Source: Antedon mediterranea
Taxonomy: Eukaryota > Animalia > Echinodermata
Reading direction: 5' to 3'
Assembly (NCBI RefSeq): GCF_964355755.1
Contig: NC_092673.1
Span: forward strand, 14,046,948-14,110,947
Length of the DNA: 64,000 nt
The notes under the pieces are model-generated. The model saw only the letters and a program-made list of their open reading frames with translations. It had not been told where the DNA came from and ran no database searches. The position numbers and the translations under genes are program-made. Positions 22,644 to 34,873 of the stretch are shown one piece after another (position 1 is the stretch's first letter; each line of letters begins with the position of its first letter).

Positions 22644-24539
22644 GCCTACATGTAGTTGAAAGGGTTTCCTCTGTATTCAAAGCTTTGTTGCATCTAAACT
22701 ATTTATGAGAACACTATAAAAGTACGAATTGTTCTGAAAGAATGCAAGAACGTTATTATACAATGTTAATGTGTCAACACTATTGCTAATTGTAATCTGA
22801 TTAGGAATTTTGCATTGCCCTGGGCGTAATGGTGTACTTGCTATGGGTGTTGTACCACTACAGAGTTTGTCACAAAACTTCTGACAGTATTCATAGTCAC
22901 CATAATGCTTAAAAGCAAACTTAAACCAACAAAGTTTGCTAATGAGGAATCCAAGTGTTTTATCTGATGACATCATATTGCATAAACCTTTCTTTCGGCT
23001 TGTATGTACATAATTATTTCCTTCTGTATATTGTCAGGGAGAGGCAGTGGAAAACATTTTTCTATTCGATAATAAATAAACTGGTTATATAATTATAAAC
23101 GACGTTGTAGTTGTTGAAAGAATGAATATGGTTTTGAAATAAATAATATTTGCAGTTTAAATATATATATTTTTTCTCTGTCTTTCTCATTTGTATGACC
23201 GGTGTTTTGCACACGCATTGTGATTGCAAAACAGGAGGTGGTCTCTCGCTTGAAGTTGTTATTGCATAATTATATTAAAATCTTTTACTTCTGGAAGAAG
23301 CAATACACCATCTATTTGCTGAGCTGATCCGGCGCGCTCACTGAAAGACATGACATGCCGCGCATTCGTTGCATGTTGTATAGAATGCTATTGTTTAAAC
23401 GGCAAGTTAGGTATTACACCCGTCTACTACCTGTTGAATGCTTAATGAAAATTCTGCGCGCTTTGCCAGATTAGCTCTACCGTCGTCATGGTCAATTACA
23501 GAGGATTGCCGAACGAGCTGATCCGGCGCGCTCACTGAAAGGCATAACTTGCCGTGCATTCGTTGTTTTACAAACACATTTAAACAATGAAACCATTTTA
23601 CAAATAAAATTATGGTGTAGTATGCTATTCTATAAGAAAAAGCTTTTTTATGATCCTGTGGTAAAATCATTTGTGATGTAGGGCTACCGGTATAAATCCC
23701 AAAAGTGATCAATCGGTGACACTAGAAAGCAGGAAGCACTCCTAACCATAACCTGTACAGTAATTATCGCATGGTGGTATTTCGCGTACAATTAAATTGT
23801 CATCATTGCCTTACTGCATCAGAAGTGGGGTTGTGTTGCTTGGTTCAACATTGACATTACTTGAACACCTTTCTTTGTAACTGGGTCGTATATAAGATAT
23901 GCTGGACTACTGTTGTCGTATCCAACAAGCCTACTCTCCGCTTAGCTCTACTAGTAGGCCTACTATCAACTAAAATTGTTGTCATTGTCACGGCTTCATC
24001 TCCGTCACATCCTAAATCCTAAAATATTTCAGTAATGAACGCAGATATATGGTATAATTGAACAGTGGCCTATTCTTTTACTATTTCATTGGTTCTAATT
24101 TAGTTTTAAAGAATTTTGTAAAACATTGAGAGTCATATCATTTCTTGAAAATTACAAATTTGTGGAATAGTAGGCCTAAATGGTTTTGAACATATATTAA
24201 CATCATAATATTATGTTAAATCCAACATTTTTTGTATTAATCTAGAAAAAAATGTATAGGCCTACGTATCAAATAATAATCCAAACCAAATTATTATTTT
24301 TTAGGCTATATTTTTGTTTATTCCTGAAATGTGACGGCTATGACAGCAACATTGAACCATGTGATTCATAAATACAAATATAATACGAAATATATAATAA
24401 AGATTGCGACAAAAAATCCTATTTTTTGTAAACCTGAAATTAGACATTAAAAAGGAATGACCCTCTATTCTCTTTTGTTGTTGTTCTGTAATGGCTGGAA
24501 TAGCCTCCCATATTTGACTAAAAGACCACGTGATGTTCC

Positions 24540-24786
24540 TGCTCTTCCTCTCTCTCTCCTCCACACGGCGCGGCTCACCACACTGTGTGGCGCGCGTGTC
24601 GACGACGTACGTATATAAACGACGTACGTACACGCTGCGGACGGCGTGGTAGCTCCCGTCTCACACACAGACACGAAACGAACTTGAAGAAAAAGTTTTA
24701 ATAATACGACAAAGTAGGTAAAGAAGTATAATACTTTGTTTCCATTCGAACCAGAACCAAAAATAGAATAGAGTCTTGAGGTAATG
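24540..24786 (+). promoter_or_regulatory. Putative CpG-rich promoter, TATA box and non-coding first exon
   Basis: CpG-rich island, TATATAAA at 24612-24619, GAG|GTAATG donor at 24781 followed by TAGGCCTA-rich DNA. Confidence 0.4.
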
Positions 24787-24924
24787 TAATGAGAGCGCCA
24801 TGAGAGCTAGGCTAGATTTAATTTAGGTCAAGCCTAGGCCTAGCTAGGCCTAGGCTAGGCCTAGCTAGGCCTATTGAATATTCCATAATAAAAACTTGAC
24901 GGTTAGCCCAGCAGTCACAGTGCA

Positions 24925-25130
24925 TTTCGGCCGCCAATCATACACTCCAATCATTTCGGCCGCCGGTTAACTCGGTCTTAAACCGTCTCGGCCAAAGTCA
25001 AGTCGGCCCCAAGTCAACTCGGCCCCAAATCAAGTCGGCCTCAAGTCAACTCGGCCTCGTGTCATCTCGGCCTCAAGCCAACTCGGCCTCACGTCAACTC
25101 GGCTAAATACTAATCGGTCAATTCGGCCCC
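24925..25130. repeat. AAGTC(AAC)TCGGCC tandem units (MITE-like subterminal repeats)
   Basis: About a dozen TCGGCC-cored units. Confidence 0.6.
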
Positions 25131-25421
25131 ATGAAAGTATGGAACTGCAAAAATGTAAAATGTATTTGGATGTAAAATATTAATAACATCATGAACAATA
25201 CATATTTTGTCCTTTTTGGCGTTTCATGAATTTGGCAATTCCATAAAGCTTAATACTAGTTACTAGGCCTAGTAGGCCTAGCCTAGTAGTAGTAGTAGGC
25301 TAGTAGAACCCCTAGGCCTAGTAGTAGTAGTAATAATAGTAGTAGTAGTAATAGGCCTAGTAGTAGTACTAGGGCCTGAATATAGGCCTAGGAGTAGGCC
25401 CTTGGCCTAGGTAGGCTAGTA

Positions 25422-27563
25422 GGATGCTAGTCAAGTCGCCCCATCGCAAAGTCGCCCCATCGCAAAGTCGCCCCATACAAAGTCGCCCCATACACAGTCG
25501 CCCCAAAACAAAGTCGCCCTGACACAGTCGCCCCATTGCAAAGTCGCCCCATCGCAAAGTCGCCCCAACGCAAAGTCGCCCCATCGCAAAGTCGCCCCAA
25601 CACAAAGTCGCCCCATCGCAAAGTCGCCCCAAAACGTTAAAAAATAGTTTAAAAGTGCGTAAAATGTCGCAATGATGCACAAAATAACACTGAACGTGTA
25701 GGCATAAAAGGGGAAGCCCCGCCATATAGTCTCAGGTCACACGATCGGCACGCTCCCCAATCATCAGAGAGGAAGCCCCCAACTAATCACTCCGCGGTCG
25801 CACTAACGTGCTAGCTCTCACCAGAGGGAAACCCCCGTAATTACTCCGCCGTTGTCGCACTACAACGCACCATCTGAAGATGGGGAAACCCCGTCGGAGT
25901 TTTACGATGATATCAGTCGCGTTCGAAATCGGTGGCCTTTAATTTTGGTCGCGATAAAATGATGTTTTACGATCTAGATTATTTTTACTTTGGTCGATGA
26001 ATATTTATTATTATTAGGCCTAGGCCTATATTAATAATTGATTTTCGTTTTTATTTTACACTGAGGTCTATGATGAGAGAAAGATGTGTGCCTTAAAAAT
26101 GACAATTTGTAAACATAGTTTAAGATTATAGTAAGCCTATTATTCAGCATAATGTCATTTAACAGTACATAAATTTAAATGTAAAATATTTTATAGGGAA
26201 CGTAGGCTACGTCTGTCTTTTATTTTTTATATGCAACAAATTAGGTAAAACAATTTATTTATAAACATTCAGTTTACTATTATACATAGTATTACAATGA
26301 ACATTGATTGTAAGCCTGGAAATGCAATCCCATCATTATATCCATTATAAAATTGCATCATATCGCCACTATATGTCGTAAATGATGACGTGCATGTGTG
26401 TATTCGTCGTACGTCCGTGTACGTATTATTCCGTGCCTCTTCACTGTCTTGTTTATTAAAATTAAATAAACACCCGATATGAGGATATTTATTAGGCATG
26501 ATAATAACCAAAAGGGTTGAAAAGAATTTCTTCAGTAAAATGATCATTCTGCTGTTGAATAAAAAGCGACTCGCAATCTGAAACATTCTCTGAAACCAAT
26601 CGGAGCTGCTCCTTCTGTTTCCTTCTCACAGCTGCTACGTCTTTCTGCTGCCCGTCGGGGATTCCCCTTTTTAAAAAACACGCACACGATAATCATACTG
26701 TACGATGGTTTTTCCATGGTCAAATGTAGCGTTTTAATTTTACTAAAATACCTGCATGTGTAAAACGATCATATCGACGAAGAAATCCCCTTTTTTTATT
26801 TCTTCATTTTGAAAAGTCATAATTAAAATTAAATAACTATAGACACATAACTTGTCAATAAATGCAAAATGATCAATAAGTAGCCTATATAACATTTATT
26901 GTCTTACAACGCTGTTATTGTTTTAACTACTGTAAATATACGAAGGCCTACTATTTATACACTTATTATATTATCCTAAAAAATGAGCTGGTATCCACGC
27001 GTAGGTTGAAGAAAGATTCGTAATTGTGGCTCTGGTAACTAATTTTAAAATCATATTAAATTAACATTTTCGAAACTATAAATCAGGGATAATCTTTTCG
27101 AAATCTTTTTAGAACTTTCAAACAAGGGACTATTTTTTAATGATTTTTAAAAAGCACATCACTCCATTAAAACCTGTAAAATAAAAATTAAAACACAAAT
27201 TATGTATATAATAGGATAAACATTATAATGTATACGACATTTAGCGCGACCAAAGTAGCAACGCAATCGATATCAAACGCAACCGCTATATGATTAAAAC
27301 AGCGTACTACTAGCGGCGGCACTACTTCCGAAATAAAACCGTGGGCGACTTTGCGATGGGGCGACTTTGCGTTGGGGCGACTTTGCGTTGGGGCGACTTT
27401 GCGATGGGGCGACTTTGTAATGGGGCGACTGTGCCGGGGCGACTGTGCCGGGGCGACTTTGCGATGGGGCGACTTTGCGATGGGGCGACTTTGCGATGGG
27501 GCGACTTTGTATTGGGCGACTTTGTATGGGGCGACTTTTCGATGGGGCGACTTGACTGGATCC
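25422..27563. mobile_element. Foldback-type MULE-like element with minisatellite TIRs
   Basis: Inverted arrays of 16-bp AAAGTCGCCCCATCGC (25430-25632 / 27342-27556), ends GGAT..CAGTCAAG, 9-bp flanks AGGCTAGTA/CGGCTAGTA. Confidence 0.8.
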
Positions 27564-28502
27564 CGGCTAGTATACAGTAGGATGGCCTAACTAGGCCTAG
27601 CCTACATAGTAGTAATGTATTATAGGTATAGGCATAGGCCTAATTAGGCTAGCAGGCCCTATAGCCTAGGCCTCTAGGCTAGTCTAGTAGACCCCTCCCT
27701 TATTAGTACTAGGGTCCCGCGGTCATTGATCCCACTAGGCCTTGGGTATAGGCGATAATAGAACTACTGAACTCGTAGCTAGGCTAGGCCTACTCTAGTA
27801 GGCTATGACCTTGCTCGACACCGAACAATCCACGCTACACCGATGACTTGGCCTCGTAGAGAGTATGAGTTTAGGCCCCTTACGCTCATAAATGCCTAGA
27901 AAGAATTCAAGGAAAAAAGAACAATAATTTACCGGTCAACCCTATTTTGGCCCCGATGGCATTCCACACATCTCTTTTCTTTAGTGCATTTTTGTACTCA
28001 GCATCTGACTTATCATAAAGTATATTGTTTTTTTCAACAAGTATGATTAGCGCTTCCTCGGTGGACTCCATCGCGATGATTTTCGCCTGAATTTTTCGAT
28101 CTCTCTTTTTTTGCGCTCTTTTATTTCCTGTAAATGAAGCTCTCTCATTGGCCGAAATATTTCTATCGTTTTGCTCACCATAAAAAAATCGCTCATGGAA
28201 GCGATATCAAAAACGATCATTCTATCGTATATGATAGAATGTTATCGTTATCGTACTAGTACTAGTACTCGTACTACACCTTAGCGATTTTATTCTATCG
28301 GTTATCGTTATTGTCGTAGTATAAACAGCCCTTTATGCCGTTTTTATAGAAATATAACTTAGTCGTTAGTATTTAAAAGAACTTCACAAGTGTACCACAT
28401 ATATATTAGAAGTTTGTTGTGAAAGAATTAGGGAATTATAGGTAGGAGTAGACCGCCGTAACATGAAAACGAAACACAAAATTTGCTAGGCCTAGCTTAT
28501 TG

Positions 28503-30283
28503 CTACGCTCGCGCTAAGGTCAAATTTTCGTTCGCCAAAATGGCGAAAGGTTTTGAAAAACATTGGCCAAATTGAAAATCCTTTAGCCAAATTTAAAAAA
28601 CCATAAAAATTCGCAAAAATGTTTATTAAATAAATAATGCATGTATTTGTTTGTTATTTTACTTCTTTTACATTTATATTATTATTAGGTATCCCAATGA
28701 AGCTGATTTTCGTTACCGCGATTTTAACACGTTCGTGAAATTTCAAAAAGTGACGTGTCTTTGAAGTTAAAAATATACTATTTCTTATGTACCCATGAGA
28801 ATAAAAATTATATGCCTGGAAAGATCTTGTTTAAGGGATTATTTTTATATATTTTTAATCTATGTTTATTAAATATTTTAATAGAAAACGCGAGTTAAAA
28901 ATGAGGTACAAAAGCCGGCGAGCCGAAATCTGCGCGCTAAAAATAACTTTGGAAAACACCTACCCATTTTCGCACCCGATCGCACGAGGTCCATAATAGG
29001 TAGTGGAGTAATTTTTGTTGCATGTTATCAGGTTTTAAATACGCTTTATTTTGATATGTAAATCGGTTATTATTATTATGTACATCCGCCTCATATGTCA
29101 ATTTTAACGATAAAAATTCAATTTTTGAGTCTTTCTCATTATCAAAATCTGGCTAATTTAGTATTGAATTAAAGCTAATTTATATTTCTGTTTGATAAAC
29201 CACATCGTTTTATTTGACTTTGCGTGGACCTGGTGCGAAGAAACCAACAAGACCAACCACTGAAAAAAATAATTCCTACCATAAATATCAGTGTTTACCA
29301 TTTTCCTTACGGGGGATTCAGTTCTCCACTTATTACTAAATTACCGTCGCCCAAGCAATGTGCATGGTATGCATGTATTAGCGCGTTAATTAATGATTGG
29401 ATAACCCCCGCAGTGGACTGTTCCATTTTCTGAACTAGTCTTCGCCGCACACGAGGCATGTCGAAAAATGTCGCCTCTCATCATGGAATATTTGCTTCGA
29501 AACGTCAAGTTTATCGATTTATTAAATTATTTAATAAGTGGAATATTTATCAATCTATTATATAAAACAAGTATGTTAGGAAGAAATGTACCGCAGAAAT
29601 TTAAGAAGCTTTGAATTTGCTATGCAGCAGCCGTAACCCATTCTATGTAGGCGGCCGAAACGCGCTTTGGCCAGGGTTGCCGTTGTAGTATACGTTGTTT
29701 CTTAGCTATTCAATTTAAAGCGCAACTTTCGGTTAGAATAATCGAAAGGGAAATAAAATTAAACATGTTAACATTATACTATTGAGGTAATTACTTTGTT
29801 AAATTTAAAATTCCCCTTTTTAAATAACAGAACAGCCTCGTTTACGGAAGTATTCGTCCACATGTATCTGTTTACATTTCTTCTTGAAGTTCATTTTCTA
29901 CGTCGAAGAATAGGGACTTCCCCTTTTATTCGCTCATCATCACGTCGACGACGACCGGCCACGAACCAATCACATTAACTGTGTGTCATTAAAACGTCAT
30001 CGAGGCACGCTCTGCGCATGTTTAAACAGAACTAAAAAAATGAACACGGCGATCTTGACGTCGTCACATAAAATGCTGTGGTGGTAAAAAGTCTACCCGA
30101 GTCAGAAAGTACTGAAGTGTGGCGAATTCTCGCTCCCATAGAAGTCACGCCGGCCAGGCTAGGCCTAGGCCTAGGCTTGGAAATGTATTTTCGCCAATTT
30201 GGCGAACGAGGCAATAATTATTTTCGCCAAATGGAGACTCCAGTCGCCATTGGCGAATTGGCGAGCGGTTAGCGCGAGCGTAG
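28503..30283. mobile_element. Non-autonomous TIR element, 5-bp TSD (hAT5-like)
   Basis: TIR CTACGCTCGCGCTAA / TTAGCGCGAGCGTAG, TSD TATTG, subterminal TTCGCCA repeats. Confidence 0.75.
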
Positions 30284-30446
30284 TATTGGTGTTCAGTTTA
30301 CGTCGTGAGTTGTTTCATTCGTAATTCACCAGGTATTGCGTGTTTATAGGAATATACATCATTATATATATATCATTTAAAAGTAGTTTACATATATTGC
30401 ATCTTGTTTTAGAATTCGATGCGGAAGAATTGGATGAATAAGCTAA

Positions 30447-31160
30447 TAATTGTGGAACCCCAAAACCCGTAATATTAACACCAAACAAAATGGCATTACA
30501 AACTTCATTTTACGTACGGTACGGGACCTAAAGGCGTACGTAAAACAAGAGATTCGTAAATTCCAGGTTGACCTTAAATTGACCCCAAATACGTAGAGAT
30601 CGTAGCTATAAGGGCTATCGTGTTTGCCTAGGCCTACTTTACTGCTATATGCTATAGAATTTCTGCTATATGCTATGGACCAATCCTGCATTAGCTATAT
30701 GCTAATAGCTGCTATATGCTATAGAATTTCTGCTATATATGCTATGGACCAATCCTGCATTAGCTATATGCTATAGAATTTCTGCTATATATGCTATGGA
30801 CCAATCCTGCGCCTTAGTGACAGCATGCAGGTGGGCACTAGCTAAGCCTTAATTGCCTAGAATATTCAGGCCAGGCTAGCAGACCTAGCAAGAAAGCAAG
30901 CCTAACTAGAAAAGTCCAGCCTGTGCGTTTAATATCAATATTCTTGTACTTCTATTAATAAAAACAGTCGCTGGTGTAGGGGGAATGTGTGTAGCTTGTC
31001 TTACACAGCAGAATTCCTTACACACCTATGGCTTTGTTGTTTGTTGTTGTTGAATTGCGCCCTCAAAGTAAGAAAATGATGACGTCATCGATTATTTTAA
31101 GCGTACGTAAAATCCAGGGAACGTAAAATTAGGGTACGTAAAACACAGGTTCTACTGTAC
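30447..31160. mobile_element. Tc1/mariner(pogo)-like MITE with internal tandem repeat (30642-30810); related piece at ~46880-47010
   Basis: Right end GGTTCTACTGTA; CTGCTATATGCTAT.. repeats; shared block TCATTTTAC.TACGGTACGGGAC..GTTGACCTTAAATT. Confidence 0.5.
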
Positions 31161-31987
31161 TGTATGGAAAAACATCACATACAAACCCCAAATTATATAG
31201 ATTAAATTCCACAATTGATTTGAAACTTTTCATAACTATTTTAGGAAACATATTACTGAAAATTAACAATACAATTGATGTATGTAAAAGTAACTTACCT
31301 ACGATATTTCAACGAACTGTTGGTCACGCCGTAACAAATTAACTCTGTAACAACCTGGAACACGAAAATTTATTGTCTGCTGTGTTTACCTCTGGAAGGT
31401 CAGATGAAGTGCGAGAGGTCAGCGAATAACGCTTTGCGCCACTGGGGGCATCATAGAACCTCATGATTTTTATTTCTGAACAGGTGATGGCATTTTTCAA
31501 GCGGGAGAGTTTCCCGCCGTAACGAAAATTGAGAACACGACATGCATAACAAAAGTATGAATAATCATTTATTTGTTTTTAAAACTTATGATTCTTCATC
31601 AAAACCGTTTTTAGTGTATGTGCTTTATAAAACGTCTAGTTTTACAGTTTCCCTAGCCCTGGTTTGTTGTAGTTCCCTTCTAAATAGTAGCTTTACCACG
31701 TAACATTTTGAAACACGAAATGTTACGTCGTTATACCTCACTTTCAAGGTCGATATTATCCATGTGTAAAGTACTACAAAAGAAACTCATACACATCCTA
31801 CTATATTCAGTTATTTTCTTTAATAATAAACACAGAATAGTATAATGAACATACTACATAAAAATGTCACACATTTTGTGCTATATTACAGGTAACACCA
31901 CAATGTTTTTGGCTAATAAAATTGTTATATATTTTTATTTTTGATCATTTTATAATGTTCTCCATTTATACCATAATCAAATCATAT

Positions 31988-33649
31988 CAGCCGCGTAACA
32001 AGGGGGTCTTGTCAGGGGGGCAAAGAGGGGCAAATCCTTCCAGACACGAAGTACTTGAGCCACAGCCCCCCCATGGTGGGGGATGTGGCGAAGCGAATTT
32101 TGGTAAATGACACCCCTAGATCGTCGGAAATGGTACTCTCGCACATAAAATTCATGATAAATGGAAATAACACTCCCATTTATTGCACAGCAATCAGCAA
32201 AATGATCGTACATTTTTCACCGTTAAAAACTCAGGTGACATAACATTTGAACATGGGAAAACCCAATCTAACATTGGATCCGCACCTGGCAAAGGTAGTA
32301 ATTTTTCCGGTTAGAAGACTGAAACAGGGCCGTAACCAGGTTTGACGGCGGGGTGGATCGTTAAGTTGTTTAGTGGAACCATACCCTCGAATTTTTTTTT
32401 CTCTATAGGCCTAGGCCTATATGTATGGCCGCAAATCGCATTTCCGGCTAATCTCTTTTGTTTATGAACTATATAATTTGGTGTAATTTCCAGCCCACGA
32501 ATTTCAATTGCCGACCTTATTGCCGACCTTAAATTGTCAGAGGACGGCATTCTCTTGCCGACGACCGAGACTAGGCTAGATCCCTCCGCCCTTTAAGCCT
32601 CCTAGCAACAACATGGTACATTAAGGGATCGTATCATTGAGACTTTAACAGGCATATTCACCATCATGTGGTGTTTAGGTAACAAACCATGGAATTAAGA
32701 TGATCCCTGAATTCACTCAACCATTGCATCTTGCGCTTGCGTTAGCTGCATGCTTTCTCTCTATACTATATAAAGCAGCTGGCTGGGCGCGTCACATGCA
32801 CACAGAGACCTGTATAGGGGAATACCCTTTTATGTCAAGCAAACAACTATGCTCTGTGTACGGCTAGATCCAGAACCATGATGTTCAGCAGTTATCAAAT
32901 AGAATTTATCTTGTAAATTTAGTGTTAGGTTTTTATATTTTAGTTAAAATATACTTTATATTCTTATGTCGATTTATATTAATTTAATTTATTAAGGCTT
33001 GACTAGACCTGTAGTAAACAATCGTAGTGCTGTGTTAGTATGCCCAGAAAAAAAAAAGTGGGAGGCCAAGCGGAACTCGCTGTTCAGCGGGGGGGGGGGG
33101 GGGGGGTTTGGTACTCTCCCCCGATCTCCCCCTGGTTACGGGCCTGTGAAAGATTGAGTATTGGAGTGACAGCCAGCCACGAAGTACGTTCGTTTTGCTG
33201 ATCGCTAGCGCGTTACATACAATTAGTAGGAATGTATTTTTTTAAGGTGGCCTCACACGCACAGCACAGCGTCACAATTGTGTATGAGATGCCCGCGATG
33301 GCGGCTTAGATAAAAGACGCCAAAAACCACAGTCAACTGACCGCATGTTAATGTACTGATAAGCAGTGCGTCTTCCCACAAGTTGTCAGTCAGGATTTTG
33401 TGTATTTCATATCATCTTACTTGAATATCATACTGTACTGTGACTCATTTGACTCATTTGAAGCCATATCATATATCGTATATTTTATTCTTATCTTATA
33501 TTTTCTTTCTTTTTCTTTCTTCTATCCCTTCTTTGTATTTTATTTTATTTTTTTGACTTGTTACCCAGCCCGATCGAACGCTTCTCAACCCGGTAAAATC
33601 CGCCAGGGGGGTATTCCGCCCACCTGCCCCCCCGCTTGTTACGCCACTG
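31988..33649. mobile_element. hAT MITE (8-bp TSD) with nested TIR element 32325-33146 (5-bp TSD)
   Basis: Outer CAG..GCGTAACAAG / CTTGTTACGCCACTG, TSD AATCATAT; inner CAGGGCCGTAACCAGG / CCTGGTTACGGGCCTG, TSD TGAAA. Confidence 0.8.
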
Positions 33650-34181
33650 AATCATATAAACACAAATTGATAGTAATCTACCAATAAAAAAAGAAACACA
33701 CATACATCATGTTGGTACACAAATTACCTATTTGCTCCCTCATTAAAATAATCACCCATATACAAATATTTAAATTCATCATTCAAATTGAAACCTTTTT
33801 ATTTACATCTACAGACGTTATTTAATTTATCTATGTATTTAATCTGTTATTTATTACCAATATTTTATTTTATTTTTATTTTATTTATTTTATTTTATTC
33901 AAACTCATTCAACAGCGGGAAACCCGCCCCTTACAGAATGGAATAAACTATACCATCTAAAAATATATAAAAATCTTAAAATCTAGCAATACAAATTTAT
34001 ACAATTTTACTAATTTTATTACAAAAACAATTATAACGGTCAAAAAAGAGATCAATAGAATTATCTTTAACAACACAATTATTAAAAAGAAGACAAATAC
34101 GTGAAAGAAGACAAATACGCCGTAACGAAATTTGAGAACACGACATATATTTACATCTATCTCATCTAATTACAACAAAAA

Positions 34182-34320
34182 GAGCGTTCTAGTTGCACGT
34201 TGGTAAGCTTGGCGCTGAAGCCGGTCAACATCTTCGCGATGAACTAATTCCATTGTGATGTGAACATTCTGACTCTCTTCATGCAGCAGCCCGATTAAGA
34301 GGTAGAGTTGAAGTTTTCCT
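34182..34320 (-). mobile_element. MULE transposase C-terminal exon fragment
   Basis: KLQLYLLIGLLHEESQNVHITMELV..RLQRQAYQ, resembling invertebrate MULE C-termini. Confidence 0.5.
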
Positions 34321-34873
34321 GCAATAAAAAAAATAACGATATACTATAACAGGAGGGGAACCAACAAGATGGCAGCCGTAAATGTGTAAACATTATTTAA
34401 TATAAAAAATAATCTAATATAATGAATTAAGACCACATACATTACAACACATGTCAAAGCACAGTGAAGTTTTTATAAAATTAAATATAATTATTGCTAA
34501 CCGCAATAGAATAAATAATTTCTTGGTAAGGCTAAAAAAAAAAAGTTTGTTAGCCCTACGCGCCCGCCCCTAAATCGGCAAAATCTAGGGGCGGAGTTTT
34601 TAAAAAAGTTTTTTTTTTAAATTTTTTTTAAATGAATTTTGATATAGGCTTAGTTTTAGAGCTAAAGCTAAAGAGGTCCCATTTTTGGACCATGAATTTG
34701 ACATTTGTTGCATATGTGGTACACATGAAACGGTGTTCTACAACACCCTACGCTTGTTACTTTACATTTAGCGGTGAACTTTTGTTTTTAACTCTATTTT
34801 TTGATGTCTGGAATAAAATTGTGTGTCATCATCAAACACAGTTGATGAGGAATCGGTTCTTTGCCGTAATTCT

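Noticed and set aside
22677-22976. Cys-containing 99-aa ORF on the minus strand
   Set aside because: No recognisable domain or supporting neighbouring exons
26287-26295. TAGTATTAC nonanucleotide as origin for the Rep gene
   Set aside because: No flanking stem-loop, over 8 kb from Rep and inside another transposon; expected by chance in AT-rich DNA
25369-27590. Repetitive ORFs (WGDFAMGRLC..) and a CRISPR-like look
   Set aside because: Translations of a 16-bp minisatellite in inverted TIR arrays; no unique spacers, no cas genes, eukaryotic context
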